64,000 nucleotides of DNA from the human T2T-CHM13v2.0 reference genome, Homo sapiens. Below, piece by piece: positions 27,594 to 42,329 of this stretch (positions are counted from its first letter, which is position 1; each line of letters opens with the position of its first letter). A program made the translations under genes and the position numbers. The notes below the pieces were generated by a model. It was not told where the DNA came from. It did not search any database and saw only the letters and a list, made by a program, of their open reading frames with translations. The stretch lies in assembly GCF_009914755.1 (NCBI RefSeq), contig NC_060933.1, one strand, 5' to 3'.

Positions 27594-27812
27594 CAAAGGG
27601 TGGGACACTAAGTCTGTAAAGGGCCAAGTAGTAAATATTTTAGGCTTTGTGGGCTAGAGTCCCTGTCACAGCTACTCAAATGCCCCATTGCCTGTGAAAG
27701 CAGTCATAGATAATATGTAAACAAATGGGCATGGCTGTCCCAATAAAACATTATTTACAAAAATAGGCAGCCAGGCGGATTTGGCACCAAGGCCATAGTC
27801 TGCCAAACCCTG
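27594..27812 (+). mobile_element. MER58A (hAT-Charlie)
   Basis: ctgtaaagggccaagtagtaaatattttaggctttgtgggc...ccaataaaac...gccatagtctgccaaaccctg. Confidence 0.85.
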
Positions 27813-27820
27813 CTCTAGAA

Positions 27821-27980
27821 CAGTGTTTCTCAATCTATACTATTTGTACTAATCATGTGAAATCTCAATGGAGATTCTGATTCTGTACATCTGGGTGGGG
27901 CCTGAGATTCTGCATTTCTAACAATCTCATAGTTGACTGACGATACTATTCAGAGAATCGTATTTTTGAGTAACAAGGCT
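27821..27980. mobile_element. MER5-type element
   Basis: cagtgtttctcaa...gattctgattc...ggtggggcctgagattctgcatttctaaca. Confidence 0.75.
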
Positions 27981-27981
27981 C

Positions 27982-28105
27982 TGATAAGCCCCATGAGAAG
28001 AGAGGTCCTACATAATTAGTAATTATTTACTATCTGGCCTGAGTGCCTAGATCAGTGTCTGACACGTAATAAAGCACTCAATAAATATTTAAGAAATGAA
28101 CAAAT
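27982..28105 (+). mobile_element. L2 3' end
   Basis: gtgcctagatcagtgtctgacacgtaataaagcactcaataaatattt. Confidence 0.7.
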
Positions 28106-28592
28106 ACGCTTCTAACAGAATATACCACTCTGCCTTATATCATTATTAAGTGTGTCATCCTTTATAAGGCTCATCCTTATGTTCACCTTATTCGCATGTA
28201 AGCTTACCAAATCTAGCAATCTCTGTAACATGGTAGATTTTCTAATAAATGCTAAGGAATTAAATCAGAGCCTTGGTCTATGTATACACTACAAAAGCTA
28301 GTTGTTGACAAATTCATCCTAAATTCTTCTACTATGTTCCTCCACAATGATCATCTTGTATTTCCTTAAACTTTCTACAGTCCTTGTACTTCAAGGTCTT
28401 TGTACATTCCACTTTCCTTAATAGGAACATCCTTCCCTAATCTTTCAAGTCTAAAGATAAACGTCACCTCTTTAGAAAGCAGTGCAGTAAGTGTCCTTAC
28501 CTTCTCCCCACCCTCCTTCTGCACTCCAAATGCCAGTTCTCTAGCTCAGCCATGGGTGTCTTCTTTAATGCACTTACCACATTTCACAATTA

Positions 28593-29403
28593 CAGTCATG
28601 CATTGCTTAACAACAGGGATATGTTTTAAGAAATGCATCATTAGGCAATTTCATCATGTTGTAAACATCACAGAGTGTTCTTACACAAACCTAGATGGTA
28701 CAGCCTATTATACACCTAGGCTATATGCTATAGCCTATTGCTCCTAGGCTACAAACCTGTTCAGTATGTTACTGTGCTGAATATTATAGGCAATTGAAAC
28801 ACAGTGTTAAGTACTTACATATCTAAACATAGAAAAGGTACAGTAAAAATATGGCATAAGAGATAAAAAATGGTATATTTGTATTAGGCACTTAACAGAA
28901 ATGGAACCTATAGGACTAGAAGTCAGGTCTGGGTGAGTCAACGAGTGAGTGAAGGCCTAAGACATTACTGTACACTACTATAGACTTTATAAACACTGTA
29001 TAATTAGCCTACATTAAATTTATAAAAATAAATTTTCATTCTTTAGTAATAAATTAACATTGGCTTACTGTAACCTTTCTACTTTATAAACTTTTTAATT
29101 TTTTAACTCTGACTCTTGTGATAACACAGCTTAAACACAAATACACTGTACAGCTGTACTAAAATATTTTCTTTATATCCTTATTCCGTAATCTTTTTGT
29201 ATATTTAGTTTTTTCCTTTTAAAACTTTTTTTTGTTAAAAATTAAGACACAAACATACACATTAACCTAGGCCTACATAGGCTCAGGATCATCAAGACAT
29301 CACTTGGCTATAATAATATTTCAGCTCTATTATAACCTTAGGGGACCACTGTCATATATGCAGTCCATCATTGACTGAAACCTCATTATGCAGTTCATGA
29401 CTG
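28593..29403 (+). mobile_element. Tigger3 family (Tigger3b/MER7-like, internally deleted) splitting an L2
   Basis: TIRs cagtcatgca / catgactg; acacaaacctagatggtacagccta; L2 sequence on both sides (about 28330-28590 and 29405-29560). Confidence 0.85.
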
Positions 29404-29654
29404 CATTTTATTTATTTATACGGTGATTTTTACAAATTCCATTTACTCTGCTAGAATGTTACCTCAATATTGTATTTACCTTATTCACCACTGAATCCCT
29501 ACCAATTAGCACAGTTCCTGACACATGTAAACACAAAATTATATTTATTGATTGAATGGATAATTATTCACATTCACAGAGAATTTCTTTTGATATCCTT
29601 ATACTTAAGAAGCATCTGCATTGTAAAAAAAAAAAAAAAAAAAAAAAGGATAAC

Positions 29655-30135
29655 ACTGCCTTTTATCTGAGTGGGGCCACAGCAGCCAAATTTGTACTTC
29701 ATGATGCTGCTCTCTCAACAATAACTAATTAGATCAAGAGTGAATCATCTGCTCCCAGTTGGTCTACATTTTCTCTCGTGCTATTTTCAGGACTGGGACT
29801 GACACTCTGGTGTCTCTATGCTGGTCACTTTAACTGATTAAGTAGTAGTGATAGGTAACTATATTTGGTCATGTACATCCTTGAAAGTACTAAAAAGTAC
29901 ATCTTTACACTAAAAAGTGTAAAGAAGTAAGAGACATCTAGATAGAAGCAAGCATAAAAGATGGGAAGAGTATTACCTATGTTCCTAACAGCTTTACCTA
30001 TGGCAAATTACAATTCTTCATGAAGCCAAGTTGTTCTTTGTGATTTCAGAAGTTATCCCAATATCCTTCTAGATTTCCATTTTCAGATAGGCTGAAATGG
30101 GTTTCTGGTAATTACAACCAGTATTTTTCTAACTA
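29655..30135. mobile_element. degenerate MaLR (MLT1-like) LTR
   Basis: end gctgaaatgggtttctggtaattacaacc...ctaact resembles the MLT1 terminus. Confidence 0.4.
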
Positions 30136-33100
30136 AACATATCCAGTTTATAAAAGAACATACAGAAGCAAGAATATAGCCCAGAAAGTGTGTCAAAATT
30201 GCAGGAGGGAAAAATTTTGAGTGATCTTCAAGTTTTTAATAACTAGAGTCTAGCAATCAAAGGTATGATTATAAAAGCATTATATTTTTAGTAAAAAGAT
30301 AAACACTATCAACAGATAAGAGTATTTATGTCAAAACTAATATACCTTAAAATGAATAAATACTTCAGTAATTCCTCCAGCAAAACATTTGTCATCAATG
30401 GACACTTAGTTCCAAAATTATTCAAAATACTACATGCCAGTTGGCTGGCCCTAAGTACATTTTTAAAAGTAAAAAGTTAACAATCCTTCGCATGAACTAA
30501 TTGAAATAAATACTTCTTTAACCCAAAAGAAACAGGAGAAGAGAGCAAAATGCTGTGCAATATTTGGGATAAAAATGAACTTGAGAAGACAGAAAGGATA
30601 GGAAACGATCACACCCAACTGGAATTCTATTACTCAGACATACAGGGAAGGAGATGTGACAAGCAAGAAGCCTGAGCCAATAAACTCCCTAAGAATCTCC
30701 TACAAGCCAAGCACCTCAAAATGTCAATCAATTCTGGTAACTCCTGCAGCCAACTCTTCCTATTAATTTTTTTAAAAAAAATTGCTCATTGAGTAATCCA
30801 CGTTTTTGTTAGGAAGTTGAAATGGAAATGACAAAATCCTAGCAGTTTTCTTTTATAGCACAATTCATAGTATCCATTATTTTCCAAGCAGCAAATGAAA
30901 ATGTCAAAAACATTCTTGCTGTAGATATTTAGTTGTTTTCTGCCACATTAATGAAAGGAAAATATTGCACTTTGAATTGGTTAATTACCATGAATCCTTC
31001 TGCAAAGGGCTCCTGCTTGCAGAATTAAGCCAGCTTTAGTTGGCACACTGCCCTAATATTCATGGAGACTAGACTATAGGCTCCACTGTACTCAAGAGAC
31101 ATTTAGTTTTTGGCATCATTCGTCAGCTTACAAATCATCAGTCCTAACTACTATAGACATTCAACTGTTTGAAATAAACAGGGCAGAAAGCACCTGCATT
31201 TAATGGGGAGGTACCACATTCTGCTTCTTTGAAATTTTAAGAGCTAGACTTAGAACACAGAATGAACAAGAATACCCTGATTTATATAGCTTCTAGAAAC
31301 TAGAGGTGCTTTAACAAAAATCCTCTGGTAATAAAGCTAGTCCAAGGAAATCCTCGTAGAAGAAGGCAACTTCAAGCAAGGGGGAACTTGGAGAAGTTAT
31401 TTTTCTTCAGTACTAGGCCAGGGTTCATAAAGCTATTTCAGGTTTAGGCCTCTCAGGAGTTCATACATAGACTTCGTTCCACCCTACTTCCTAGGATTTG
31501 AAGTTAAAAGGTGCTGATTTGCCGGTTTCAAAACCTCATTAAGTAACCACTGCAGTATTCAAGCCCAACCCTATCTCTCCTTTCACCCTTCTTCATGTGA
31601 TGCGCTTACCTGCAGAAACCACAAGACCTGAATGCCCTCTCTCCATGTCAGATGGCATATTAAATATATTTCCTTAAAATTGGATAGGGAAATGCTTCTC
31701 AATTTTTTGAAAAATATATTCTACCAGGCCTTCTATATGGGAAAGAATGGGTAGAGAGACAGAGATGAAAAAAACTAATGACGTATATATTTTCTTTTTC
31801 CTCTCCCTAAATAAAATGGAAAAAAAGAAGACCTTGAATAAAGACAGAAACATACTGATAAACCTAAGAATACAAGCTGGCCATCTCCAAGATGTTCTCC
31901 ATATGATCGTAAATAAGCACCTCAGGCTCCAGTGTGTCACCTCCTCAGAGTCTTGCATCAGGGAATGGGAATAACACAGAAGCCGACAGTTGATCCTAAA
32001 AAAGGTCATTCAAAACCAACTACAATGTTCATATACTTTCACATTTAAGTATTATGGCAAATGCAAAATTAGCAAGCAGTGTTTTTTAGAACTGACGAAA
32101 TGACCTGTACAAATCCTCAGTCAAAAATACTTACACGACATTAGACTTCAGTCTTGAAGAACTTGATACAGTAAGTCTATATCTATCTTTAAATAAATTG
32201 GAGCTAGGTCAAGAGGACAACAGAGATGCTTAAAGGGTCTAGAAACCATGAAAAATATGGTGTAAAAACAGAAAGAAGGTAGAAAAAGAAAAAGAAAGAA
32301 CAGATGGGACAAAGAAAGAACAAATGGCAAGATGACAAAAGGAACCATATCAAAAATAATAGTAGTAAATGCCAATGATCTAAATACTCCAATTAAAAAT
32401 TAAAAGGCAGAGGTTAATAGACTCCTAAAAAAGCAAGACACAACAACATGCTGCCTGTGAGAAATATACATTAAATATAGACACATATAAGTTAAAAGCA
32501 AAAGGACAGAAAAAGATATACCACACTAATACCAGTCAAAAGAAATCTAGAGTGGCTATACTGTATCAGAAAGAAAGTTGATTTCAGAACAGAACTATTA
32601 TTAGGAATACAGAGAATAATTTCATAATGATAAAGTGATCAATTCATCAAGACGACATAATAATTTTAAATGATTATGCACCAAATAACAGAGCTCAAAA
32701 TATATGAATCAAAAACTGACAGAAACCAAGATTTATAATATTCTGGCCATAAAACAAGTCTGAAATTTAAAATGATTCAAGCTATAACAGTATGTTATCT
32801 GCTCACAATTGAACTGAATTAGAAAACAGTAACAGAAAGGTCTCTAGAATATCCCCAAATATTTTGGAGATAAGTATGAAACTTCTAAATAAACCAAAGG
32901 GTCAAAGAAGAAACAAAAACGGGGATTAGAAAGTATTTTAAACTGAACGAAATTAAAAAAAATAAAAATAAAAATTTGTAGTAAGCCACTAAAACAGTAC
33001 TTATAGGGAAATTTATACTACTAAATATCTATATTAGAAAATAAGAAAGGTCTTAACTTAATAGCCTCTGCTTCCACCCTGAGAAATCAGTACAAGAGTA

Positions 33101-35129
33101 AATCAAGCCTCAAGTAATGAGAAGAGAGAAAGTAAGGATCATGGTCAAATTCATTGAAATAGAAAACAGAATAATAGAAAAAAATCAGTGAAAACAAAAT
33201 CTCATTCTTTGAAATGGTCAACAAAACTGATAAACCTCTAGACAGACTGATCTGAAATTAAAAGATATAAATTAGCAATTCCAGGAAGGAGAGGTGGCAT
33301 CGTTACAGAATCTATAGATAATATGGGAATATTTTAACAACTTTATGCCAATAAGTTTGAGAATTTAATAGCAGAAGTAATCAATTCCTTGAAAGACTCA
33401 AATTACCTAAGCTCACTCAAGAAGAAACAAATAATGTGATATATGTATTAAAGAAATTGAATTTGTAATTCAAAAACCTTCCCACAAGGAAAACTCCGGC
33501 TCAAATGACTTCTACCAAACATTTAAAGAATAAACAATACTAACAATACTAACATGTTTCCCATACACTGCAGAGGAGAGAATACTTCCCAACCTAGGCT
33601 ATGAGACCAGCATTACTTTAATACACATGGAGATATTACAAGAAAAGGAAACCACACACCAATACTTCTCATGTACATAAATGTAAAAATCTTAAACCGT
33701 TAAATCTAATATTCATAAAGGATAATACATCAGAACTACGTAGAGTCAGTCTCAGGATCTGAAAGTTTGTTTAGGGTTTCGGACCACCTTAAATGTAATC
33801 TACCATACTAAGAAACTGAAAAAGAAAAACTTAACAATCATCTAAATAGGCACCTAAAAGTATTTAACAAATTCTAACATCCATTGCTGATAAAAACTCT
33901 CAGAAAAGTAGCAATAAAAGAATTTTTTCCATCTATTAAAGAAATCTATTAACAACTTGTAGTTAACATCATATTTAAAGATGAAAAATTAAGTATTTCT
34001 TCTCTATGATCGGGAACAAGACAGAGATGTCTGCTTTCATCACTTCTATTCAATACTGTGCTGGACGTTCTAGCTAGTGCTATCAGCAAAATAAAACAAA
34101 CAAAAAGTATCTAGATTTTAAAGAAAGAAATAAAATTCTATTCAGACAATATGATCATCTAGACAGAAAGTTAGCATCTATAAAATCACTACAAGAACTA
34201 GTGAGTTTAGCAAGGTTGCAAGATACAAAATCAATATTTAAATCCATTGTATATCATCTACTTACTAGTTATTAAAACCTAAAAGCTGCAATTAAAAAAA
34301 TAAATTTATAATAGCATCCACAAACACAAAATACTTAGGAATAAATCTGACAAAAGATGTGCAAGATCTATACACTGAAAACTACAAAAATACTTCTAAA
34401 AGAAATTAGAGGGCTAAGTAAAGAGGTATAACTTGTTCATGGGTTACATGACCCAATATTGTTAACATGTCAAGTCTTGCTAAATTCATTTAAAGATCTA
34501 ATGCAATCCAAATCCCAAATCCCAATAGGCTTTTTCACAGAAATTGACAAGTTAACTCTAAAATTCATATGGAAATCCAAAGGACTTAGAATAGCAAAAA
34601 CACCTTTGATAAAGAAAAAGTAAAAAGGAGAGCTAACACTACCTGATTTGAAGACTTACTGTAAGTGTGCAATAACTAAGACAGTATGTTACTGGGGTAA
34701 AAACAAACAAACACACCAATGAAATGGAATACAGAATTTCAAAACTGACCCATATATAAATGATAACCAATTGTCAAGAAAGATGCAAAGGCATCCAAGT
34801 AAAGAAAGAAGTTTAACAAGTATTGTTGGAACAAATGGATATCCATATTTTCAAAAATGAACTTTGGTCCACAGCTAACACCATACACAAAATTAACTAA
34901 AAATGAATTGCAGGGTATAGGCTAACAACTCTGAAGCTGCTTTATATGTATACTGGGTTTGTACAACCAAGTAAATGGATGATGGAAGCCATGTTTCTCA
35001 TTGTTGGATAGAGACATTAATGATAATAAACCGCACTAAAATGAATTACATGGTATGAGATTAGAGTCAGAGACACCAGTATGAACGCATATTTAGTTTA
35101 ATATATATACAAATGGACAGCTACAGAAT

Positions 35130-35153
35130 TGAGAGAGAGAGAGAGAGAGAGAG
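35130..35153. repeat. (GA)n
   Basis: directly visible. Confidence 0.9.
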
Positions 35154-35684
35154 ATCCATGGGTTAGCACATTTACATATGTTTCCTGGTTCTGTCTGCCA
35201 AGCAAACCTAGACACAGTGACACCCTGTGGCAACAACCAGCATATCCAGTGTCCAGGTCTTAATTTCTATATAATAAGCTCTAAAAACAAGAACCAAGAC
35301 TCCTTTGAGAAACGGATGATTCTGGCGCTGGGGCATAGAAAATAAAAGACTCGGGCATCTTGTAGTATCAAAAAATAAAATGTGCTCAACAAAAAAGGTG
35401 GAGGGTAACAAGTTAAGGAGACACAGGAGCCAACCTAAAAGAGCTCTCAATGGCCAAAGCTGGAACGAGTAACAAAATAACGTAGTATTTGAATGTAATG
35501 TGAAGTATAAAATGAGGCCATACTGATAAATGATTGGAGAAATAAATGGGAGAGAAGAGATAAATATTTTTATAGAAGAATTTCAAAGAACTTATGTAAA
35601 TACCCACACCTCTAGGAGATAGGACATAAAACCCTCTATAAAACTCTATAAAACCCTCCCCTCCTTGGGCATAGGCTATAATTA

Positions 35685-36048
<364 letters not shown>

Positions 36049-37013
36049 TTACCATAGAGTAACCTGGCTAATATTACCTTAGGTAATCAAGGTTAAGCAA
36101 CATCAATGATAAGCGTATATTGATACCATATGATGTGATGAGAAAGGCACCTCTCCCAAAAAAAAATCAGAACCCCTGTGTAATCAAGAAAAGGACATCA
36201 AAAAAACAAAATTGAAGGATACTCCAAAAAGTATCTGGCCAGTACTGCTCAAAACTGTCAAGGTCATAAAAAAATAAGGGAAGACAGAAAAGCCATCAAG
36301 GATCAGAGCTAAGGAGACACAAAAACTAAACAAAATGTAGAATCCTGGAACAGAAACAGATATTAGTGGAAAAACTGATGAAATCCAAATAAAGTCTGAA
36401 GTATAGCCAATAGTAATATACCCCCTGGTTGCCTAGTTGTAACAAATATATCATGCTTATTTAAAACGTTCACAAAAGGAGAAAAGGAATGGGGGTATAT
36501 GGGAACCTCTGTACTACCTCTGCAACTTCTCTGCCAATCTAAAATTATTCCAAAGTAAAAAGTTTATTATAAAAATGGATTATAGACCTAAGTGTAAAAC
36601 ATAAAGCTTCTGGAAGAAGACATAAACATATTTTTGGCATTTATTTTGGCAAAATTTATTAGTTATAATGCTAATAGCACAATCCATAAAAGATAAAATT
36701 AATAAATTAGACTTAATCAAAATTAAAATTTTCTGCTCTTTGAAAGACACTGTACAGGAATGAAGAAAAAAAGCAGGCTAGGCTCTGCAAACATATATCC
36801 AATAAACGTCTTACATCCATAAATGTAAAGAACTCTCAAAACTCAATAATAAACAACCTGATTAAAAGTGAGCAAAAGATTTGGACAGTCACTCAAGAAG
36901 ATATAAAGTGACAAATAAGCACAAAAAAAGATACTCAACATCATTAATCATTAAGAAGGTACAAATTAATACCACAGAAAGAAACCACTACACATCCATT
37001 AGAATGGCTAACA

Positions 37014-37708
37014 TTTTATTTTCTTCAACTTTTAAGTTCAGCGGTATATGTGCAGGATGTGCAGGTTTGTTACATAGGTAAATGTGTGTCATGATGGTTT
37101 GGTGCACAGATCATCCCATCACCTAGATATTAAGCCCAGCATCCATTAGCTATTCTTCCTGATGCCCTGCCTCCTACCACCAACCCTCTCCAACAGGCCC
37201 CAGTGAATGTTGTTCCCCTCCATGTGTCCATGCGTTCTCATCATTCAGCTCCCACTTACAAGGGAAAAGATGTGGTGTTTGGTTTTCTGTTCCTGTGTTA
37301 GTTTGCTGAGGATAACGGCTTCCAACTCCATTCATGTCCCTGTAAAGGACATGATCTCATTCCTTTTTATGGCTGCATAATATTACATGGTGTATATGCA
37401 CCACATTTTCTTTATCCAGTCTATCATTGATGGGCATTTGGGTTGATTCCATGGCTTTGCTATTGTGAATAGTGCTGCAATAAATATACACATGCGTGTA
37501 TCTTTATAATAGAATGATTTATATTCCCTTGGCTATATACCCAGTAGTGGGGTTGCTGAGTCAAATGGTATTTCTGCCTCTAAGTCTTTGAGGAATTGCC
37601 ACATGGTCTTCCACAATGGTTGAACTAATTTACACTCCCACCAACGATGTAAAAGTATTCCTTTTTCTCCGCAACCTTGCCAGCAGCTGTTTTTTGACTT
37701 TTTAATAA
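37014..37708 (-). mobile_element. L1PA (about PA13-16) 3' end, 5'-truncated
   Basis: gtgcaggtttgttacataggtaa, tattaagcccagcatccattagctatt; TSD tagaatggctaa at 37000-37011 and 37709-37720. Confidence 0.9.
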
Positions 37709-39139
37709 TAGAATGGCTAAAATTTTAAAAACTGACCACATCAACTGTTGGTAAGGATGTAGAGAAACTGGAATTCTCATACAATGCTGGTTGGAATTTA
37801 AAACAGTGCAAACAGTCTGTGTAACAGTTTGGGAGTTTCTTAAAAATTGAAATACATACCTACCATATCACCTAACCAATTCTACTCCTAGGGATTTATC
37901 CAAAGAAAGCATTTGTCCAAAATCATGTACATCGATAGTCATAAGAGCTTTAATCATGATAATCAATAAATAGACATAATTCAATTATCTACCAACAGGT
38001 GAATATATAAACTCATTGTGGTATATCCATGTGATGAAATACTACTCATCAATAAAAAGGAATGAACTACCATTACAGGCAACAATATAGATGAATTTCA
38101 AAATAATTCTGCTAAGTGAAAGAAGCCACACAGAAAGAATGCACACTGTATTATTTTATTATTATAAAGTTCTGGAAAATGTAAACTAATACATAGTGAC
38201 AGAAAACAGAAGAAAAATTGCAAGGGTAGGGAGGGATAGATCTTGGTGGGGCAGGGAGAGGCAAGAGAAAGAGAATAGGGACACAGGGAAACTTCTGGGG
38301 CGATAGAATATACACTATCTTGATTGTACTGTTAGTTTCACAGCTATATACTACATCAGAACTTATCAAATTAAAAGTTAACTATATGCAGTTTATTGTA
38401 TGCCAAATATACCACAACAAAGCTGTTTTTCACAAAATCAACGACTGGCAAAACTGGGAATACACTAAACCTAGAAATGAGAAGCCTCAAAAAAGGAATC
38501 CTGGCATTTGCCAAACAGCTGATGGCACAGCAAGTAAAATGCTGATTAGATTTGGTCTGTGTGGCTTCAGGAGAGAATCAGTACCCACAGAGGAGAAATT
38601 AAAAGGAAGCTGTATCAGCTACACCAATGGAATATACTGACAATTGAAGCTGTCTGAACATGGAATGGACTGCTTTGTAACATAAAGCTTTTTCTCAGTC
38701 ACAGAAAGAGTTGAAGCAGAAACTCAAATGATCACTTTGTTAGGTGAGGGTCTAGGAGAAATTCCTATGTGGGATAGGAGACAGACAGTACTTCCTGATC
38801 TTTAATGCCACTTATTAGGAAAACAGAACAGATAGTTTGTACTTGGGGAGAAATACATTTAATCACATTCATGAAACTTAAAGCCATCAATACCCAACAT
38901 TTTGAATGGTTTAAAGTATTTGGGAGCCTGTAGGTTAATGAATGCACTTGTCAATCTTCAACTGAGTTATCTTTCACGTAGGGAAAGCAATAAAGAAATC
39001 TTCAAAGATAAACATAGTTTTCAAATGTGTATTTGTCTGTTTGTATTTTTCATAAAGTAAGTTATTATAAATTTATTGAGAGAAGGGAGCATTTATAATG
39101 TTTACTATGCAATTCTAAGCAGTTAAGAGTTCAATGCAT

Positions 39140-39340
39140 AATAGTAATAGCCACTACTTAGTGAATATTTATCATAGGCCTAGAAATTTAAGCAAAACAT
39201 CTTGAACACATCAACTTATCAATACTTCAAGATAGCTATTTTTCCCATTTTACAGATGAAATATCTCAGGGTGAGTGAAGTTAAGGGGATCTGCAGGTTG
39301 AGGATCTGAAGTCAAGCCCATCTGGCTTCATAATCCAATC
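39140..39340 (-). mobile_element. MIR SINE
   Basis: cccattttacagatgaa core. Confidence 0.65.
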
Positions 39341-39439
39341 TTACAAAATCACTCCGAGTTCACTGAAAAAATAAGGGCCATCTGATGATCACTGCGTACA
39401 GACTCTTTCTTTCTTCTCCAAATATTTCCTGTATTCCCA

Positions 39440-39990
39440 CCCAATTTATTTTTTAAAAATACAAATTTTCTCATGTTATGCATCCAGTTTTGATGGCTTT
39501 CGTGCCTTATAATTCCTTAGAGGCAAAGTGTAAACTTGTCAACGCGATCGATAGGAGATCTTCCCGCCTACTTTTCCAGCATAATTTCCTGTTATTTCTC
39601 CTGTATTCTAGACATACTAAGATCTTTCAAAGTCCTTTAAAAATGCAATGCATTTGTACTTGCTGTTCTCACTTCTCTGCATGCCCTGATTTCTGGCCTG
39701 GTGAATGAAGTTTTATCTTTCCAGGATCAGTTTAAATATTGTTTCCTTTGGTGAAATCTTCTTTGACATTCCAGTCACATTTAGATGTACCTCCTTTTAC
39801 ATGTACACCACTCTATTCATACTGGTATTATTTATTTGTAGGTTTGTTTCCTGCAAAAACATCTCCTCAAAGACAGTTACTCATCCCTGTATCTCCACTG
39901 CCCAAGCCCGATGCCTGATATATGAGAACAGTTCAATAAATATTGATTGACTGAATGGATAGATGATGGGCAGGTGAATGAGTAAACAAA
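39440..39990 (+). mobile_element. L2 fragment
   Basis: tttgtacttgctgttc...gcctgatatatgagaacagttcaataaatattgattgactgaatg. Confidence 0.65.
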
Positions 39991-42329
39991 CAAATTGATA
40001 CACAAACGAGTGGGTTACTGGGGGAGTATATAAAAGAAACAGTACTTGCATAGGGCAGAGGTATACAAGTTGCCATAACTATAACATGTAACTATACCGT
40101 ATTAATTTATATTATTTCATCCTAAATGAAGTCTTCATTGAAGCAACTATTACTATCTGTCCTACTTGTGTGATCCTATTAAAATAGTTTATTTAATCAA
40201 AAGTAAAGGTAATATATAATTTGATGCAAGAATTAATTCTCAAGAATGTAAAATGGTTGGAAACCAGGAGATCTGTGAACTACTCTGATGACTTGTCAAG
40301 AAGAAGAAAGCCAGAGGAATAACCTTTCTGTGACCTCCTCCCACAAACAAAACTATTCAGAGATTTTACCATTTCAAGATGTAACCTTGTTTAGTGCACT
40401 CCTTCTGCAGATAATGAGACTTCAAAAAAAAAAACATACATACAACTCTCACCATTTAAAATTTCAGACTCCTTTCCTTCTCAATTCTTTATGATTTTCA
40501 ATTAAAATATTTTTATGCCTGATCAATATGTTTGATTAGTTTCCTAAAATCAATCTTAATAAATTGGAGTAACGTATGGTACATTTTGGTTTGAGGGGCT
40601 TCTTTTATCATCTATTCTCTCACACAGACTTAAAATGGAAATAATTTGGGTTCTTGCTGGACACTGCTGTTTTATGTTAAAATCAGGCTAGAACTAATTC
40701 TTTTTAAAAAATCCAAAATAAGATGGAACTTAAAAAAAATCAAGAAGCTTTGAGAACAATTCTCAGCTAATGGAAAAATTATTTTAAATACATGAGAAAT
40801 GTTCTAAAGCAATCTTCTGGGTGACAACAAAGCATTACTTATTCGTTGAGGAAAATGCCTTCTCTAGAGAAGTGTTCACATGTCAGAATCCCTTAGTCTA
40901 TGAAATTAATGCCTTATACATGTAGGTTAAAAAAAATTCACACCTTGATAATTTTCTTCTAACATGCTGCCTCATTATAGCAATAACATTTTGATTTATG
41001 CTAAAAAGCATTCCTTTCTGAAGAATTAAAATGTCTTTTAAAAAACACACAAGAAAAAAAAACTGAAGTGCTCTATAAAGTACTCAGTCAATAACAGTGG
41101 ACTTTACCTCAGAAGGACAAAAGAAGCAATTTTAAACTCCATTAAGTATAATCATTTTTTTCTGAAACATGATAGTAACATGGAGATAATAACTGAATGA
41201 TTTCAGAGCCCAGCAATGCAAAAGTTGAGAAATGAAAAATGAAAAGACAAAAACTTTGGGCTAAGACATCCATTAAACAAAAGAAGACTATTTCTCAAAT
41301 GCTGGTATAATTTTCTCAGGTTAACCAGAGAACACAGGATATACAATTTGTTTCGATTTTTTTCTTTTACTATTTTCAACTTTGTTCTTGCTCATTTTAT
41401 AAATACACAGGTTAACAAAAGGAGGTAACCGACTTCTTAACTTATCACATTGTGATCTTTCAAGGAAAACATTTCAGTTCATTCAAGATTTGGTTCCATT
41501 AAGCATTTTTTGTGTCTCCTGCATGAAGGGATAATAGTCTATAAAATGAAAGGACACCATGCATGAATTAAGTAAGAAGCATTCATAAGAGAATCAGAAT
41601 CTAATTAGATAAACACACTTCCCTACAGGTGGATATGAATTCAAAAGTCTCTGAAATCTCCTATTTAAAGGCTAGCAGTGCTTTTTTAATTATGCTAAAA
41701 GTCCCTTGTCTGCTTGATCTCTCATGAACAATTTTAATCAGGCAAGCCTAATATACTCCGTCTCACAGACAACTTAACAGAGCTCTCAACTATGAGCCAA
41801 TGGGAAGACAAGGAATCACAAGCATTTTCATTAAAAGGGAAAAATGGCCAGCCTAGAGATTTGGCCAGCAATAAAGCAAGAATAAATCATGCTTTTCCCT
41901 CACTTCACCTACTTAACTTCAAGAACTACAGACATATAATTAATTTGCTCTTGAGATTTACTCTGTAAACATAAACACATGATTTAAAAAAAAAAATTAC
42001 ATTCTTACAATTCACAGTGGTTTTAGATATTTTTTTCCCACTCACAAATGGACTAATATACTAACAATCCTTTTGCCAGAGTCTAAGAGTAATCTCTTAA
42101 AAATGATCCTTTCCAAAAAAGGAGAGTCAAAAACCATTCTGTGCAGTTGGTAGGGATTTTGACAAAGGATCCTGTTCAAAGTGTTAAGCGGTAATTAAAA
42201 GGACCAAATAATTCCATTTCGACCTTTACATCCCCAAATCCATTTGCTACATCAGCTGTATCACCATGAGTCCTCTGTCCATTCTGAGGCCCTCCCACAA
42301 TACAGCAGCTTATTACAACCCACATATTT

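Noticed and set aside
29625-29647. Orphan poly(A) tracts (also 14830-14846 and 62639-62679) as processed-pseudogene tails
   Set aside because: No TSD, upstream ORF remnant or clear polyadenylation signal found
40944-41000. 57-nt minus-strand AG...GT segment with one open frame (INQNVIAIMRQHVRRKLS)
   Set aside because: Weak polypyrimidine tract and donor; peptide not recognised
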